From an uncultured Muribaculaceae bacterium (GTDB taxonomy: Bacteria > Bacillota_I > Bacilli_A > RF39 > UBA660), in contig CAZWKF010000002.1 in the NCBI GenBank assembly GCA_964634785.1, positions 1-33,492 on the forward strand: a stretch of 33,492 nucleotides of DNA, given 5' to 3'. The notes under the pieces are model-generated. The model saw only the letters and a list, made by a program, of their open reading frames with translations, was not told where the DNA came from and did no database searches. The stretch's first letter is position 1; every line of letters starts with the position of its first letter. The position numbers and the translations under genes are program-made. Below are positions 1 through 8,768 of the stretch, piece by piece.

Positions 1-1
1 A

Positions 2-109
2 AGTATCTGTAATACGTTTCCTCTCTTAAAAAGTGAAATTGATGTCTTATATGAGAATTATAAAAGGGCAATAACAGATACCCTTAAATCCGGAAGAAAT
101 ATGAAATAG
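2..109 (+). CDS. 3' end of an unidentified CDS entering from the left window edge (...LKSGRNMK*)
   Basis: Frame 2 is open from the first base to TAG at 107-109. A perfect hairpin plus T-run follows. Too short to assign a function. Confidence 0.3.
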   Translation, partial: SICNTFPLLKSEIDVLYENYKRAITDTLKSGRNMK

Positions 110-115
110 AGACTT

Positions 116-155
116 AAAACTTTTCATAATTTTCAATGAAAAGTTTTTATTTTTT
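116..155. terminator. Rho-independent terminator between convergent genes
   Basis: Perfect 12-bp stem, aaaacttttcat (116-127) / atgaaaagtttt (135-146), with a 7-nt loop, followed by tatttttta. It lies between the partial + strand CDS and the minus-strand ZIP gene. Confidence 0.65.
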
Positions 156-184
156 ATAATAAAACAAAAAGACACATTTGTGCC

Positions 185-946
185 TTATCCTAATGCAACA
201 TCTAAAACCATCATAATAACAAAACCAGCCATTACTCCTAGAACACCTAAGTAACTTTTTTTCCCCTCTTCTGCTTCGGGAATTAATTCTCTTGTGACAA
301 CATAAATCATAGCACCCGCTGCAAAGGAAAGTAAATACGGCAGTATTGGTACAATATATGAAGTTAATAAAATTGTAATCCCTGCACCAATGGGCTCTAC
401 AACACCTGATGCTACCCCAATCATAAAAGCTTTAGTTTTAGAAACCTTTTCACTCTTTAGAGGCATTGATACAATAGCGCCTTCAGGTAAATTTTGAATG
501 GCTATACCAATCGCTAAAGCTAAGGCACCTGCATAAGTAATTCCTGGTGTCCCTGCTAAAAAGCCTGCAAAGATTACTCCTACTGCCATTCCCTCGGGAA
601 AGTTATGAATAGTAACGGCAAGTACTAAAAGAGTTGCTTTATTTAACTTTTTTCCCTTTCTATTTTGATTCATATAATCTGTAAATTTATCTAGTAAAAT
701 GAGAAAGACAATACCTAATATAAAACCAACTGCAGCTGGTAAAAAAGGAATACTCCCATTTTCTGTAGCCATTTCAATAGCAGGAATAATTAAAGACCAA
801 ACAGATGCGGCAATCATAACACCAGCAGCAAATCCTAAGAGAATCTTCTCTAGTTTTTTATTCATTTCATTTTTCAATAAAAAGACAAACAAAGCCCCAA
901 TTGTCGTTCCTAAAAAAGGAATTAAAATTCCTATTATTACATCCAT
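185..946 (-). CDS. ZIP-family (ZupT-like) divalent metal transporter
   Basis: 253-aa polytopic membrane protein with the paired ZIP signatures HNFPEGMAVG and QNLPEG. Confidence 0.88.
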   Translation of the reverse strand: MDVIIGILIPFLGTTIGALFVFLLKNEMNKKLEKILLGFAAGVMIAASVWSLIIPAIEMATENGSIPFLPAAVGFILGIVFLILLDKFTDYMNQNRKGKKLNKATLLVLAVTIHNFPEGMAVGVIFAGFLAGTPGITYAGALALAIGIAIQNLPEGAIVSMPLKSEKVSKTKAFMIGVASGVVEPIGAGITILLTSYIVPILPYLLSFAAGAMIYVVTRELIPEAEEGKKSYLGVLGVMAGFVIMMVLDVALG

Positions 947-1011
947 AAAATACCATAATCCTTTCTTCTATGATATTCTATTCACTTTTTCTAATATGGG
1001 AACTCATTATC

Positions 1012-1035
1012 AAAAAAAGAAGCACTAAGCTTCTT
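1012..1035 (-). terminator. Rho-independent terminator closing the T4SS operon
   Basis: On the minus strand: AAGAAGC-TTAGT-GCTTCTT followed by TTTTTGAT. The stem overlaps the TAA stop of the coupling-protein gene. Confidence 0.6.
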
Positions 1036-3568
1036 AATCATCTAAATCAAAGAAATCATCAAAATAAGCATCATCGGAAACATCAGACTTGTTCTCAACC
1101 TTTTTTTCAGGAGTAACTTCCTCTTTTGGTTTATTCTCAATAACCGGTTCAGCCGCCATGTATTCTTTTTCAACTACTGGACTTTCCTCTTTTGATTCAA
1201 CTGGAGGAACAATAGGCTCTTCCTTCACTGGTTCTTCTACGCTTACTTCTTCTTTTGATTTCAAATTTAATAAATCGGAGAATGTTTCAATTTTGGAAGT
1301 TTCTTCACGTACAGGTTCCTTTTTTTCTTCAATAATTGGTGCCTTTATTGGGGAAGTTTCAATTGTTTCTATTCCCTCGATAAAGTCTTTCTTAGGTAGT
1401 TTATTCTCATTGATTATTGGTGTAATATTGGCAAATGGATTGGTCTCCACTACGTTATTTCTATCAATAGCTGCTTCTTTATTAATGGTGAGTGACGACT
1501 CCTCTGTTTCCTTTTTCTCAAGTTCCACTTTTTCAGGAAGTGGTGGAAAAATAGAAGGTGTAGCATTTGTCTCTTTTTTCTTCTTTTCCTCTTCTTCTTT
1601 TTCTTGTGCCTCTAATTCAGCAATTTTTGCATCTATTCTTTTTACCAAATCATCAACATCAAAATTTGGTCCTCCTGCTGGTTTTGGTAATGGAGATTTT
1701 GGTTTTGATGCAAATGGATCTTTTCCGGCATTACGTGCAGCCATAAATTCTTCAAAAGTTGGAATTTTAGGCATTGGTCTGTCCCCCGACATTCCTCCAA
1801 ATGGATTGAAATCTGGTAATCCTGGTTTCTTAGGATCAAAACCATCCATCATCTTACTCTTTTTGCGCAATTTTACATGCTCTTTAATATCAAATAATTG
1901 AATTTCTTTTTTCTCACGTGGAACAAATTCAGCTTTTCCAAAGTCTTTATCTCCCCAGTCAACATTAAATCCTTGTACTAGCTGGGTCTTAAATGGATGA
2001 TAACGGTTTCTTAAAATAATAACTTCATTCATCTTCATCTTCTGTAAATCAGAAATAGTTACAAGTGGTTGACTTGCCGTTTTATCATCTTTTTTCGATT
2101 TTACTTCACCACACATTTTCGAGATTTCTTCCAATGCTGAAAGTTCAGTGGTCAAAAGATAAATCAAATTACCACAGTTTGAACGAATCGTTTCCGCATC
2201 TTCCTTCCCATATACTTCATTTAACTGGGCAAAGTTTTGAATGATAAAAGTGAATCGTATTTGTCTTGAACGTGCAGCTGTAACCATTGTTGTAACATCT
2301 TTTAAAGGTGGCATATTAGCAAACTCATCAAGAATAAAATTTGTTCTTATAGGTAGTTTTCCACCCGATTCCTGTGCGACATCAATTAAAGTTTCATAGC
2401 ATTGTTTAATAAAAATAGTTGCTAAGGCATGATAAGTAGTCTTCTCATCATGGATAATCATAAAGACAGCTGTCTTTTGTTTTCCAATATCACGCATTTC
2501 AAAATCTGAATGCGAAAGCATCTCCGATAGTTGTTCACGTGATGCAAATAGACGAATCTTTTGACGGAAAACAGCTAAAATACTTCCCTTTGTCTCAGTT
2601 GGAGAATTAATCGTATTGCTTGCAAAGGTATAAGGACTTGATGATTCTCCCTTTAAGGTAAAATACTCTTTAATATAGTTAGAACCAGCACCAAACTTTT
2701 CTTCACCAACCGTTGTCATATAACTGATCGTATTGATATTAACTTCTTCCTCTTTGGCATCTTCAAACAATCCTAAAACACATCCTGAAAAATAGTCACT
2801 TGCTGAATTTGACCAGAAAGGATCCTGCGCTTTAGGATCAGCTAAAATATTTAGGGCAACGTCATCTACAAGCTCGATTGCTTTATCCACATTTCCCGCT
2901 TTATATAAGCGATAAGGAAGTGTAAGAGGATTCCATGCATTTCCAAGAGTTGGTTCACGGAAATTTAAAACAACAATTTTATAACCTAAAGATTTCATTA
3001 ATTCAGCATGGTTTTTATAGATCTCTCCTTTTGGATCGGTAAAAATCATACTTTCTCCATGTTTACATAAACTGTAAATCAATGGGTCAACGACTGCAGT
3101 TGTTTTACCCGAACCAGTAACACCAATAACCAAAGTGTGGTTTTCAGAATCATCTACCCACATATTCTTTCCATCATTGATGAAGACAATTCCTCCAACT
3201 TCAGCAGTAGTATCTTTTACGCCAACACGATAGATCTTATAGGCTTTTTTCATCTCTTTTTCAGTTAACCAACGAGAATATCCACCTTCATCAGATTTAC
3301 CAAAAGAAAGCCCAATTCCAAATCCTTTTTGATGCTCAAAAATAGTCGAAGATACACTAAAGAAGATCGCAATTAAAACAGCAAAAAAGACAAACAAAGT
3401 GACAGGCAAATAAGTTCCTGTAAAAGCTTCTATAGGATTAAGCCCTTTAAACCCATCCCCATTAATAAGAGCCAATACATTTAGTACAGCAATTGCACAA
3501 AAATAAAGTAATACGATACAAAAACCACTAAAGATAGCAGCATCTTTTGGTGAAACTTTAAATTTCAT
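1034..3568 (-). CDS. Type IV secretion coupling protein (VirD4/TraG family) with a ~280-aa low-complexity C-terminal tail
   Basis: Two N-terminal TM helices. Walker A GVTGSGKTT. TraG/VirD4-type FILDEFANMP box. E/K/P-rich tail ending DDAYFDDFFDLDD. Confidence 0.9.
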   Translation of the reverse strand: MKFKVSPKDAAIFSGFCIVLLYFCAIAVLNVLALINGDGFKGLNPIEAFTGTYLPVTLFVFFAVLIAIFFSVSSTIFEHQKGFGIGLSFGKSDEGGYSRWLTEKEMKKAYKIYRVGVKDTTAEVGGIVFINDGKNMWVDDSENHTLVIGVTGSGKTTAVVDPLIYSLCKHGESMIFTDPKGEIYKNHAELMKSLGYKIVVLNFREPTLGNAWNPLTLPYRLYKAGNVDKAIELVDDVALNILADPKAQDPFWSNSASDYFSGCVLGLFEDAKEEEVNINTISYMTTVGEEKFGAGSNYIKEYFTLKGESSSPYTFASNTINSPTETKGSILAVFRQKIRLFASREQLSEMLSHSDFEMRDIGKQKTAVFMIIHDEKTTYHALATIFIKQCYETLIDVAQESGGKLPIRTNFILDEFANMPPLKDVTTMVTAARSRQIRFTFIIQNFAQLNEVYGKEDAETIRSNCGNLIYLLTTELSALEEISKMCGEVKSKKDDKTASQPLVTISDLQKMKMNEVIILRNRYHPFKTQLVQGFNVDWGDKDFGKAEFVPREKKEIQLFDIKEHVKLRKKSKMMDGFDPKKPGLPDFNPFGGMSGDRPMPKIPTFEEFMAARNAGKDPFASKPKSPLPKPAGGPNFDVDDLVKRIDAKIAELEAQEKEEEEKKKKETNATPSIFPPLPEKVELEKKETEESSLTINKEAAIDRNNVVETNPFANITPIINENKLPKKDFIEGIETIETSPIKAPIIEEKKEPVREETSKIETFSDLLNLKSKEEVSVEEPVKEEPIVPPVESKEESPVVEKEYMAAEPVIENKPKEEVTPEKKVENKSDVSDDAYFDDFFDLDD

Positions 3569-3624
3569 ATTAGCCCTTCCTTCTCTTCGTTTATTATAAA
3601 CTATTTTTACGCATTTTTCTACTA

Positions 3625-4236
3625 TTATTTATTTGCATTCATGATTTTGATAAAAGCTCTTAAAAGAACAATAACAAGAACCACCCCTAAAATTGAAAAA
3701 ATAAAAATATAGATTCTATTTCTGGTTTTAGTCTCCTCCTGTTTTGTTTCTTTCTCTACGTCTTTTGTCGTTGTCGTTTCATTTGTCGTTTGTAAAAACT
3801 TAGTTGTTCGCGTTGTAGTCTTACTTGTCTTATTCGTACTTCCAATAATTCTTGCCCACTCTTCATCGGTTACCACTGGACGCGTTGTATTTTCCTTTTG
3901 TGGTGTATTCTTTACTAATACATCAATATAAAGATCATTATTTTCATACTTAGAGGTATAATCAAGACTATAGACACCTATATAGTCATCTTCTACGACA
4001 AGAGAATCAACAGTAAATCTTCCCTCTTTCATATTTTGGAGTGTATATGCATAATGATTCGTTTTTTCTAAAGCTACTTCAATCTCATCTTCATTAACAT
4101 CTGAGGTGAGTAAAACAATGGATCTTATTTTTTCCGTATCAACATTTTCTTCAAAAGAAGTCGAAAAATGAACATTCATAGCAAAACAAACTTCTGGAAA
4201 GGCCAATATCATCAATACAAAAAAAACTTTTTTCAC
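3625..4236 (-). CDS. Secreted, C-terminally anchored protein of unknown function (T4SS accessory candidate)
   Basis: GTG start 7 nt after AGAGG. N-terminal signal peptide (MKKVFFVLMILAFPEVCFA). Thr-rich stalk and a C-terminal TM helix. Confidence 0.55.
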   Translation of the reverse strand: MKKVFFVLMILAFPEVCFAMNVHFSTSFEENVDTEKIRSIVLLTSDVNEDEIEVALEKTNHYAYTLQNMKEGRFTVDSLVVEDDYIGVYSLDYTSKYENNDLYIDVLVKNTPQKENTTRPVVTDEEWARIIGSTNKTSKTTTRTTKFLQTTNETTTTKDVEKETKQEETKTRNRIYIFIFSILGVVLVIVLLRAFIKIMNANK

Positions 4237-4249
4237 TCTATCACCTCTC

Positions 4250-5374
4250 TTATTCTACACCTGCATATCGCAAAAAATAATCAAAATTATAATATTTTCC
4301 AGCAGTGACTCCCTTTATCCTATTTGCAGCATGAACGTATTTCCCATCCCCTATATAAACTCCAGTATGTCCATTGGCACTTCCCTTTGCTATTCTTAAA
4401 CCAATATCTCCTGGTTGTAAATCTTCTTCTCTTATTTGAATAAAGTTTTTTCCAATTAAACTATAAAGAGAACTTGTTCCTAGTCCGCCACCTTCATAAG
4501 GATTTACATCTGTTGCTGTCCACAATACCCATTGAACAAACCCTGAGCAGTCAAGTCCTGATGTAGGGAATCCAGTATCTCCAGGTCCAGTAGGTTTTCC
4601 TCCAAAATGATATTTTGACCCAACTTTTGAACTCGCTGTTAAAACAATAGCTTTTCTAATATCGCTTAACTCATTATAATTTATTCCCGTACTAGCTAAA
4701 ACCTGTTCTGATAAATCTTTTGATGTTTGGCTCGATACTGAACTGGATCCCGAAGAATTGCCATTCATATCTCCTTTAAAGGTATTTGTTAAATCAAGCA
4801 TTCCCCCAATGACAGGTCCTACTAAAATAGTGATAATAATAAGTAAGAGGGCAAATCCACTAGCAACAATAATAAGGGTATTCCTAAACCTCTTTTCCCT
4901 TATTGTCTTTTTTACCTTTTTTATATCTTTTATAGCATCAGTGACTTTTCCTTCTTTTAAATCCCCTACAACATCCATAGCACCATTTGCTACATCGGTT
5001 ACACCTGCTTTTTCTAAGACATCTGCTGTCATCTTTATCGCTTTATTATTTTCAGCAGCATCCGAAATAACTCCCACAGCTTGATCAACGGGACCACTTT
5101 CTAAGACTTCTTTGTCTTTTCCTAATGAAGCCCCTCCTGTTCCATAAGCAACAATTCCACGACCTCCAGCTTTTACAAGTTTTTTTACACTACTATCCTT
5201 TACTTCTCCATCTTTTCCAATTTCTTTCCCTGGTGCGACCTTATCTCCCACTTGATATTCTTCATTTTCAAGTATTTCGTTGTTTTGATACCCAAGGCCT
5301 CTATTTCCTAGTTTAAAGTTCATAGATGAACCTTTAGTATTCATCATTTTTCTATACCCCTTATCAAAGTTCAT
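4250..5374 (-). CDS. NlpC/P60-family peptidoglycan endopeptidase with a long N-terminal cytoplasmic region and a central TM helix
   Basis: GLDCSGFVQWV (catalytic Cys) and GHTGVYIGDGKYVHA (His). GGAGGTGA RBS 8 nt upstream of the ATG. Confidence 0.85.
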   Translation of the reverse strand: MNFDKGYRKMMNTKGSSMNFKLGNRGLGYQNNEILENEEYQVGDKVAPGKEIGKDGEVKDSSVKKLVKAGGRGIVAYGTGGASLGKDKEVLESGPVDQAVGVISDAAENNKAIKMTADVLEKAGVTDVANGAMDVVGDLKEGKVTDAIKDIKKVKKTIREKRFRNTLIIVASGFALLLIIITILVGPVIGGMLDLTNTFKGDMNGNSSGSSSVSSQTSKDLSEQVLASTGINYNELSDIRKAIVLTASSKVGSKYHFGGKPTGPGDTGFPTSGLDCSGFVQWVLWTATDVNPYEGGGLGTSSLYSLIGKNFIQIREEDLQPGDIGLRIAKGSANGHTGVYIGDGKYVHAANRIKGVTAGKYYNFDYFLRYAGVE

Positions 5375-5388
5375 CTATCTCACCTCCA

Positions 5389-5889
5389 TTATCTCACTTG
5401 TCCCCTCAAGGTAACTTTAACATTCATAACGCCTTTTTCAATGATTTCATATTGATAGTTCTCTGTATCAATAACAAGAAAACCATTCGCTGTTTTTCGA
5501 TAAACTTGAACCTTATTATTTTTACTCTTTACAGTTATTCGCTTCTTAAGCTCTTTTTGATATTCTTCTATTTTATCATGAAAAGCATTTTTTGTCTCAT
5601 CACTCAACATATCCCACGCTTCTTTTTCATTTACTAAAGTAGCATTCAAATACATTTGATAATATCTTTCCACCATGTCCACTTCCTCTATCTGCATGAC
5701 TTTATATTCATTATCCGCATAGTGATATTTAATATAATCTACTGTAGAATCATTCATAGCTTCACTTTGATAGATTTGATTTCCTTTAATAATACGTACA
5801 ATACCAAAGATAAAAAGAAAAAGAAGAACAATACCTAAAAGAACTAGAAGCCACTTATTCTCTTTTAAACTTATTTTAAACTCATTCAT
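5389..5889 (-). CDS. Small single-pass membrane protein (T4SS accessory candidate)
   Basis: An ATG at 5889 (MNEFKISL...) overlaps the upstream TGA as ATGAATGA and is preferred to the GTG at 5901. One N-terminal TM helix, then a ~120-aa soluble domain. Confidence 0.5.
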   Translation of the reverse strand: MNEFKISLKENKWLLVLLGIVLLFLFIFGIVRIIKGNQIYQSEAMNDSTVDYIKYHYADNEYKVMQIEEVDMVERYYQMYLNATLVNEKEAWDMLSDETKNAFHDKIEEYQKELKKRITVKSKNNKVQVYRKTANGFLVIDTENYQYEIIEKGVMNVKVTLRGQVR

Positions 5890-6403
5890 GACAAACCTCA
5901 CTAAAAGTCTTCTCTTCTATAGGCCGTATAGAAAAATGAAAGTTACTTTCATCTAACACGACTTGATAAAATACTTCTGATATCTTTTTTATTTCATTAA
6001 GATCCACTTTGTAACCTTTTACCACATACTGTGTCAAATCCTCTTTCACTCTTTTCTCACACATCGTTCGTGCCTCAAAGGAAATACTTGTTTTCTCGTT
6101 TTTTAATGTACTTATGACGTTTTTTTCTGTTAATTTTTTCTCTTCTTTGTATTCACTATCTAAAATATGAAGTACACTTTCCCTACTCCCAGCATTAAGA
6201 AATTGATAAAGCTTATCTATCGTAGCCGTTACGGTATAATAACGACTATAATCTTCTACAAGATGGTAAGTCTTATCATAAGTATTACTTCTTTTAAAGT
6301 CAATCTTAAAGAAACGAAGAAGGAAGAAAAGAATAAGAACAACAATTGCTAATATAAGCCAAAAGAATAAGACTTTTTTTTGTGTTTTATCTAAATCTTT
6401 CAT
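5882..6403 (-). CDS. Small single-pass membrane protein (T4SS accessory candidate)
   Basis: AGGAGGG RBS. One N-terminal TM helix, then a ~130-aa soluble domain. Confidence 0.5.
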   Translation of the reverse strand: MKDLDKTQKKVLFFWLILAIVVLILFFLLRFFKIDFKRSNTYDKTYHLVEDYSRYYTVTATIDKLYQFLNAGSRESVLHILDSEYKEEKKLTEKNVISTLKNEKTSISFEARTMCEKRVKEDLTQYVVKGYKVDLNEIKKISEVFYQVVLDESNFHFSIRPIEEKTFSEVCHE

Positions 6404-6411
6404 AGTCCCTC

Positions 6412-8751
6412 CTACAATCCAAAGATATTATGTCTTATTGGACTCATTTTGTCATTGACCTGCCAAAGGGCATAAGCTTTTTGATCTTCAGCAGTCGATT
6501 GAATGCAAGAGCCCGATCCGTTCTTTTCACATTTGGCCTCACGACAACTTTTTCCCACAATACTTGATCGTTCAGCAGTCATATATTTATTAATAGAAGG
6601 ATAATAGGCACATCCTCCAACTCCCCAATCGGTACTTCCATTAGAATTCTTTAACACTTTTACCCAATACTTTCCAATATAAGCATATTTTGACATCATA
6701 TCGGAAGCCGTATCATATTTTGAAACAACAGAGGCAAACCCTCGAATACCATCCGTAAGACTGCTATATTGACTACAAACCTTCGTTCCTTGCCCATTAT
6801 AGCAACGAATTCCCCAATAGTTATTAGAGCCATTACTTATTCCTGGAGAAAAACCTTCGACAACAGCGCGAACAACAACTAATTCTGGATTTACATTGTT
6901 TGCTATCGAAACATCATAGACTTCTTCGGCATGTCCAGCAAAAACATTTAAAAAGGTCTTGTCCTTTTTCGAAGAACAATTTCTCGTATTACAATAAGAG
7001 CGCATTTTAGAGACAAATTCAGCCCTCGTTAAGGAGGTTTGATGAACAGAAAAATCTCCTGATGCAAGTTTTGGCCTTGAATTGGATGCACTCATATAAT
7101 TCAAGACATCAACAGCATATGAAACACTTGCGCCTCCTTTGCGAAGTTCAAAATGTAGAGCATTTGTATTTGTTTTTCCTGTATTTCCCACATGACCAAT
7201 GACTTGTCCTTGTAAAACAGAATCGCCTACTTTGATATCTAGAACATCATTTAACTGAGCATAAATAGTATAATCTCCATTAGAATGAGAAATCATAACT
7301 TGATTTCCATATCCTTCATTACATTCATAATCCCCTACTTGGCAAGAATTAACAATACTTACAACTTCCCCACCATAAACAGCAATAACATTTGCTCCTG
7401 CTGGTGCACTGATGTCAATTCCATAGTTTATTTCTTCTTCGTTCGTTACAGCATTCTTTCTAGGACCATAATAGCTTGAAATTGTCGTACTTACAGGATC
7501 TTTAACGGCCAAAAGGACACCATTTTTTTCTTCCGTTTTACTACTTCCAATTGGCCAATAAAAACTCTTGCGTGTGGATTCTTCACTCGTAACATCGATA
7601 AAATCCCCATTCTCTCCAAATTCATCATAAGAAATACCATAGTTTTTTAAAACTTCAATAATATCATCAACTATGACTGAACGAACCTTTACAATTTGCT
7701 CTTCATATTCATCATAAAGTCCTTTTGCTTCTAGAGAATCACTACAAACATCATCTGTCATACATTTTACTCCAGCAGGTATCAGAACGTTTTCCTTAAA
7801 GCGCTCTTGCAAATGTGCCTTTCTATCAAAATAGATATTTTGTCTTAAAAAGTCAAAGTATCGATCTGTTGACACATGAGGATTATCATCATAGACGTAT
7901 TTTGAATTTTCAGGATAATCCTCTCCTAATTTCTCACATTCTTCATACTTTTTATCTTCAGGCACTCTTCCTAAAAATCCCACTGTTGCATTTCTTAAGA
8001 GTTTGGTATCATGAGCCCACTTACTGGAAAAATATTCCCAAAATCCATATTCATAACTTGAGAGACGATCGGCACATTTTTTTTCTTTAATAATTCCTAG
8101 TAAAGGAAGTTCAACCAAAGTCCCTTTTTCACAAGAAAGGTGTTCTGAGCCATCCTCTAATGTTTCTTCCTCAGGATCTCCATAGACCCCATAACATCCA
8201 GTATTATAGGCAATCATATTTTTAATAAGGATTTTTAAAGTATCCCTTTCTTCTTCATAATAGTTGGCTATTTCTTCTCCATCATATGTATATTTATCTT
8301 CTATATCAATATTGTCCATCTCTGATTCATCAATAACGTAAGCTGAATTTCCGCTTTGCCAATTTTTTTTATAATCTTCTCCATTATCTGAAAAGTCAAA
8401 AGGTGTCATATCAATAAAAACCGTTTCAATAATGAGATTGTCATTGATATAAAGACCATCTTCTTGATATTTAGCAAGTAATTTATATAGTTTTTTGTAA
8501 AATTTCTCTTGTTGTTTTAAAATAAGATCCTCACAAGAAGACTTATCTTCTTCATCTTTACAATATCCATACCAATAATCTTTATTGGCATCTTTAAATG
8601 TTTCCCAGTCAAAATCTTTATATTGAAAAGAGGCAGAAGAAATAGTTAACGGATTTAAGATGCATACAAAAAAAAGAACAAGAAAAGAAGACACAAGAAT
8701 TTTCTTGCTAATTATTGAACGTCTTATTTTTCTATTTGTTCTTAATTTCAT
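6412..8751 (-). CDS. Cys-rich secreted cell-wall protein: degenerate M23/LytM domain plus a C-terminal glucosaminidase/lysozyme-like domain
   Basis: N-terminal signal anchor. M23-like block SSYYGPR...NYGIDISAPAGANVIAVYGGEVV...GYGNQVMISHSNGDYTIYAQL...GHVGNTGKTNTNALHFELR. C-terminal NPELVVVRAVVEGFSPG...NNYWGIRCYNG. 18 Cys outside the anchor. Confidence 0.78.
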   Translation of the reverse strand: MKLRTNRKIRRSIISKKILVSSFLVLFFVCILNPLTISSASFQYKDFDWETFKDANKDYWYGYCKDEEDKSSCEDLILKQQEKFYKKLYKLLAKYQEDGLYINDNLIIETVFIDMTPFDFSDNGEDYKKNWQSGNSAYVIDESEMDNIDIEDKYTYDGEEIANYYEEERDTLKILIKNMIAYNTGCYGVYGDPEEETLEDGSEHLSCEKGTLVELPLLGIIKEKKCADRLSSYEYGFWEYFSSKWAHDTKLLRNATVGFLGRVPEDKKYEECEKLGEDYPENSKYVYDDNPHVSTDRYFDFLRQNIYFDRKAHLQERFKENVLIPAGVKCMTDDVCSDSLEAKGLYDEYEEQIVKVRSVIVDDIIEVLKNYGISYDEFGENGDFIDVTSEESTRKSFYWPIGSSKTEEKNGVLLAVKDPVSTTISSYYGPRKNAVTNEEEINYGIDISAPAGANVIAVYGGEVVSIVNSCQVGDYECNEGYGNQVMISHSNGDYTIYAQLNDVLDIKVGDSVLQGQVIGHVGNTGKTNTNALHFELRKGGASVSYAVDVLNYMSASNSRPKLASGDFSVHQTSLTRAEFVSKMRSYCNTRNCSSKKDKTFLNVFAGHAEEVYDVSIANNVNPELVVVRAVVEGFSPGISNGSNNYWGIRCYNGQGTKVCSQYSSLTDGIRGFASVVSKYDTASDMMSKYAYIGKYWVKVLKNSNGSTDWGVGGCAYYPSINKYMTAERSSIVGKSCREAKCEKNGSGSCIQSTAEDQKAYALWQVNDKMSPIRHNIFGL

Positions 8752-8768
8752 CTATTTCACCGCCTAAA

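Noticed and set aside
947-1033. Zur/AdcR-type metal-responsive operator upstream of the ZIP transporter
   Set aside because: I found no convincing palindrome resembling known Zur or AdcR boxes in this gap. Only the T4CP terminator and weak promoter-like hexamers are present.
1037-1873. Recurrent K/E/P/T-rich low-complexity tails treated as one shared functional module (T4CP tail, 203-aa stalk, thioredoxin-like tail, SipW-A tail, 669-aa tail, 968-aa linker)
   Set aside because: The tails differ in composition and share no sequence. The only shared motif is EFLEYK in the two SipW tails. They are most simply explained as compositionally biased linkers or tails in an AT-rich genome.
1089-1901. 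270-aa + strand ORF, plus similar + strand ORFs at 699-1028, 4758-5084, 10954-11301, 20505-20837, 25601-25885 and 28038-28331
   Set aside because: All lie wholly antisense to well-supported minus-strand genes. They translate to S/F/L-rich low-complexity strings and have no RBS. They are shadow ORFs, which AT-rich and repetitive coding sequence produces readily.
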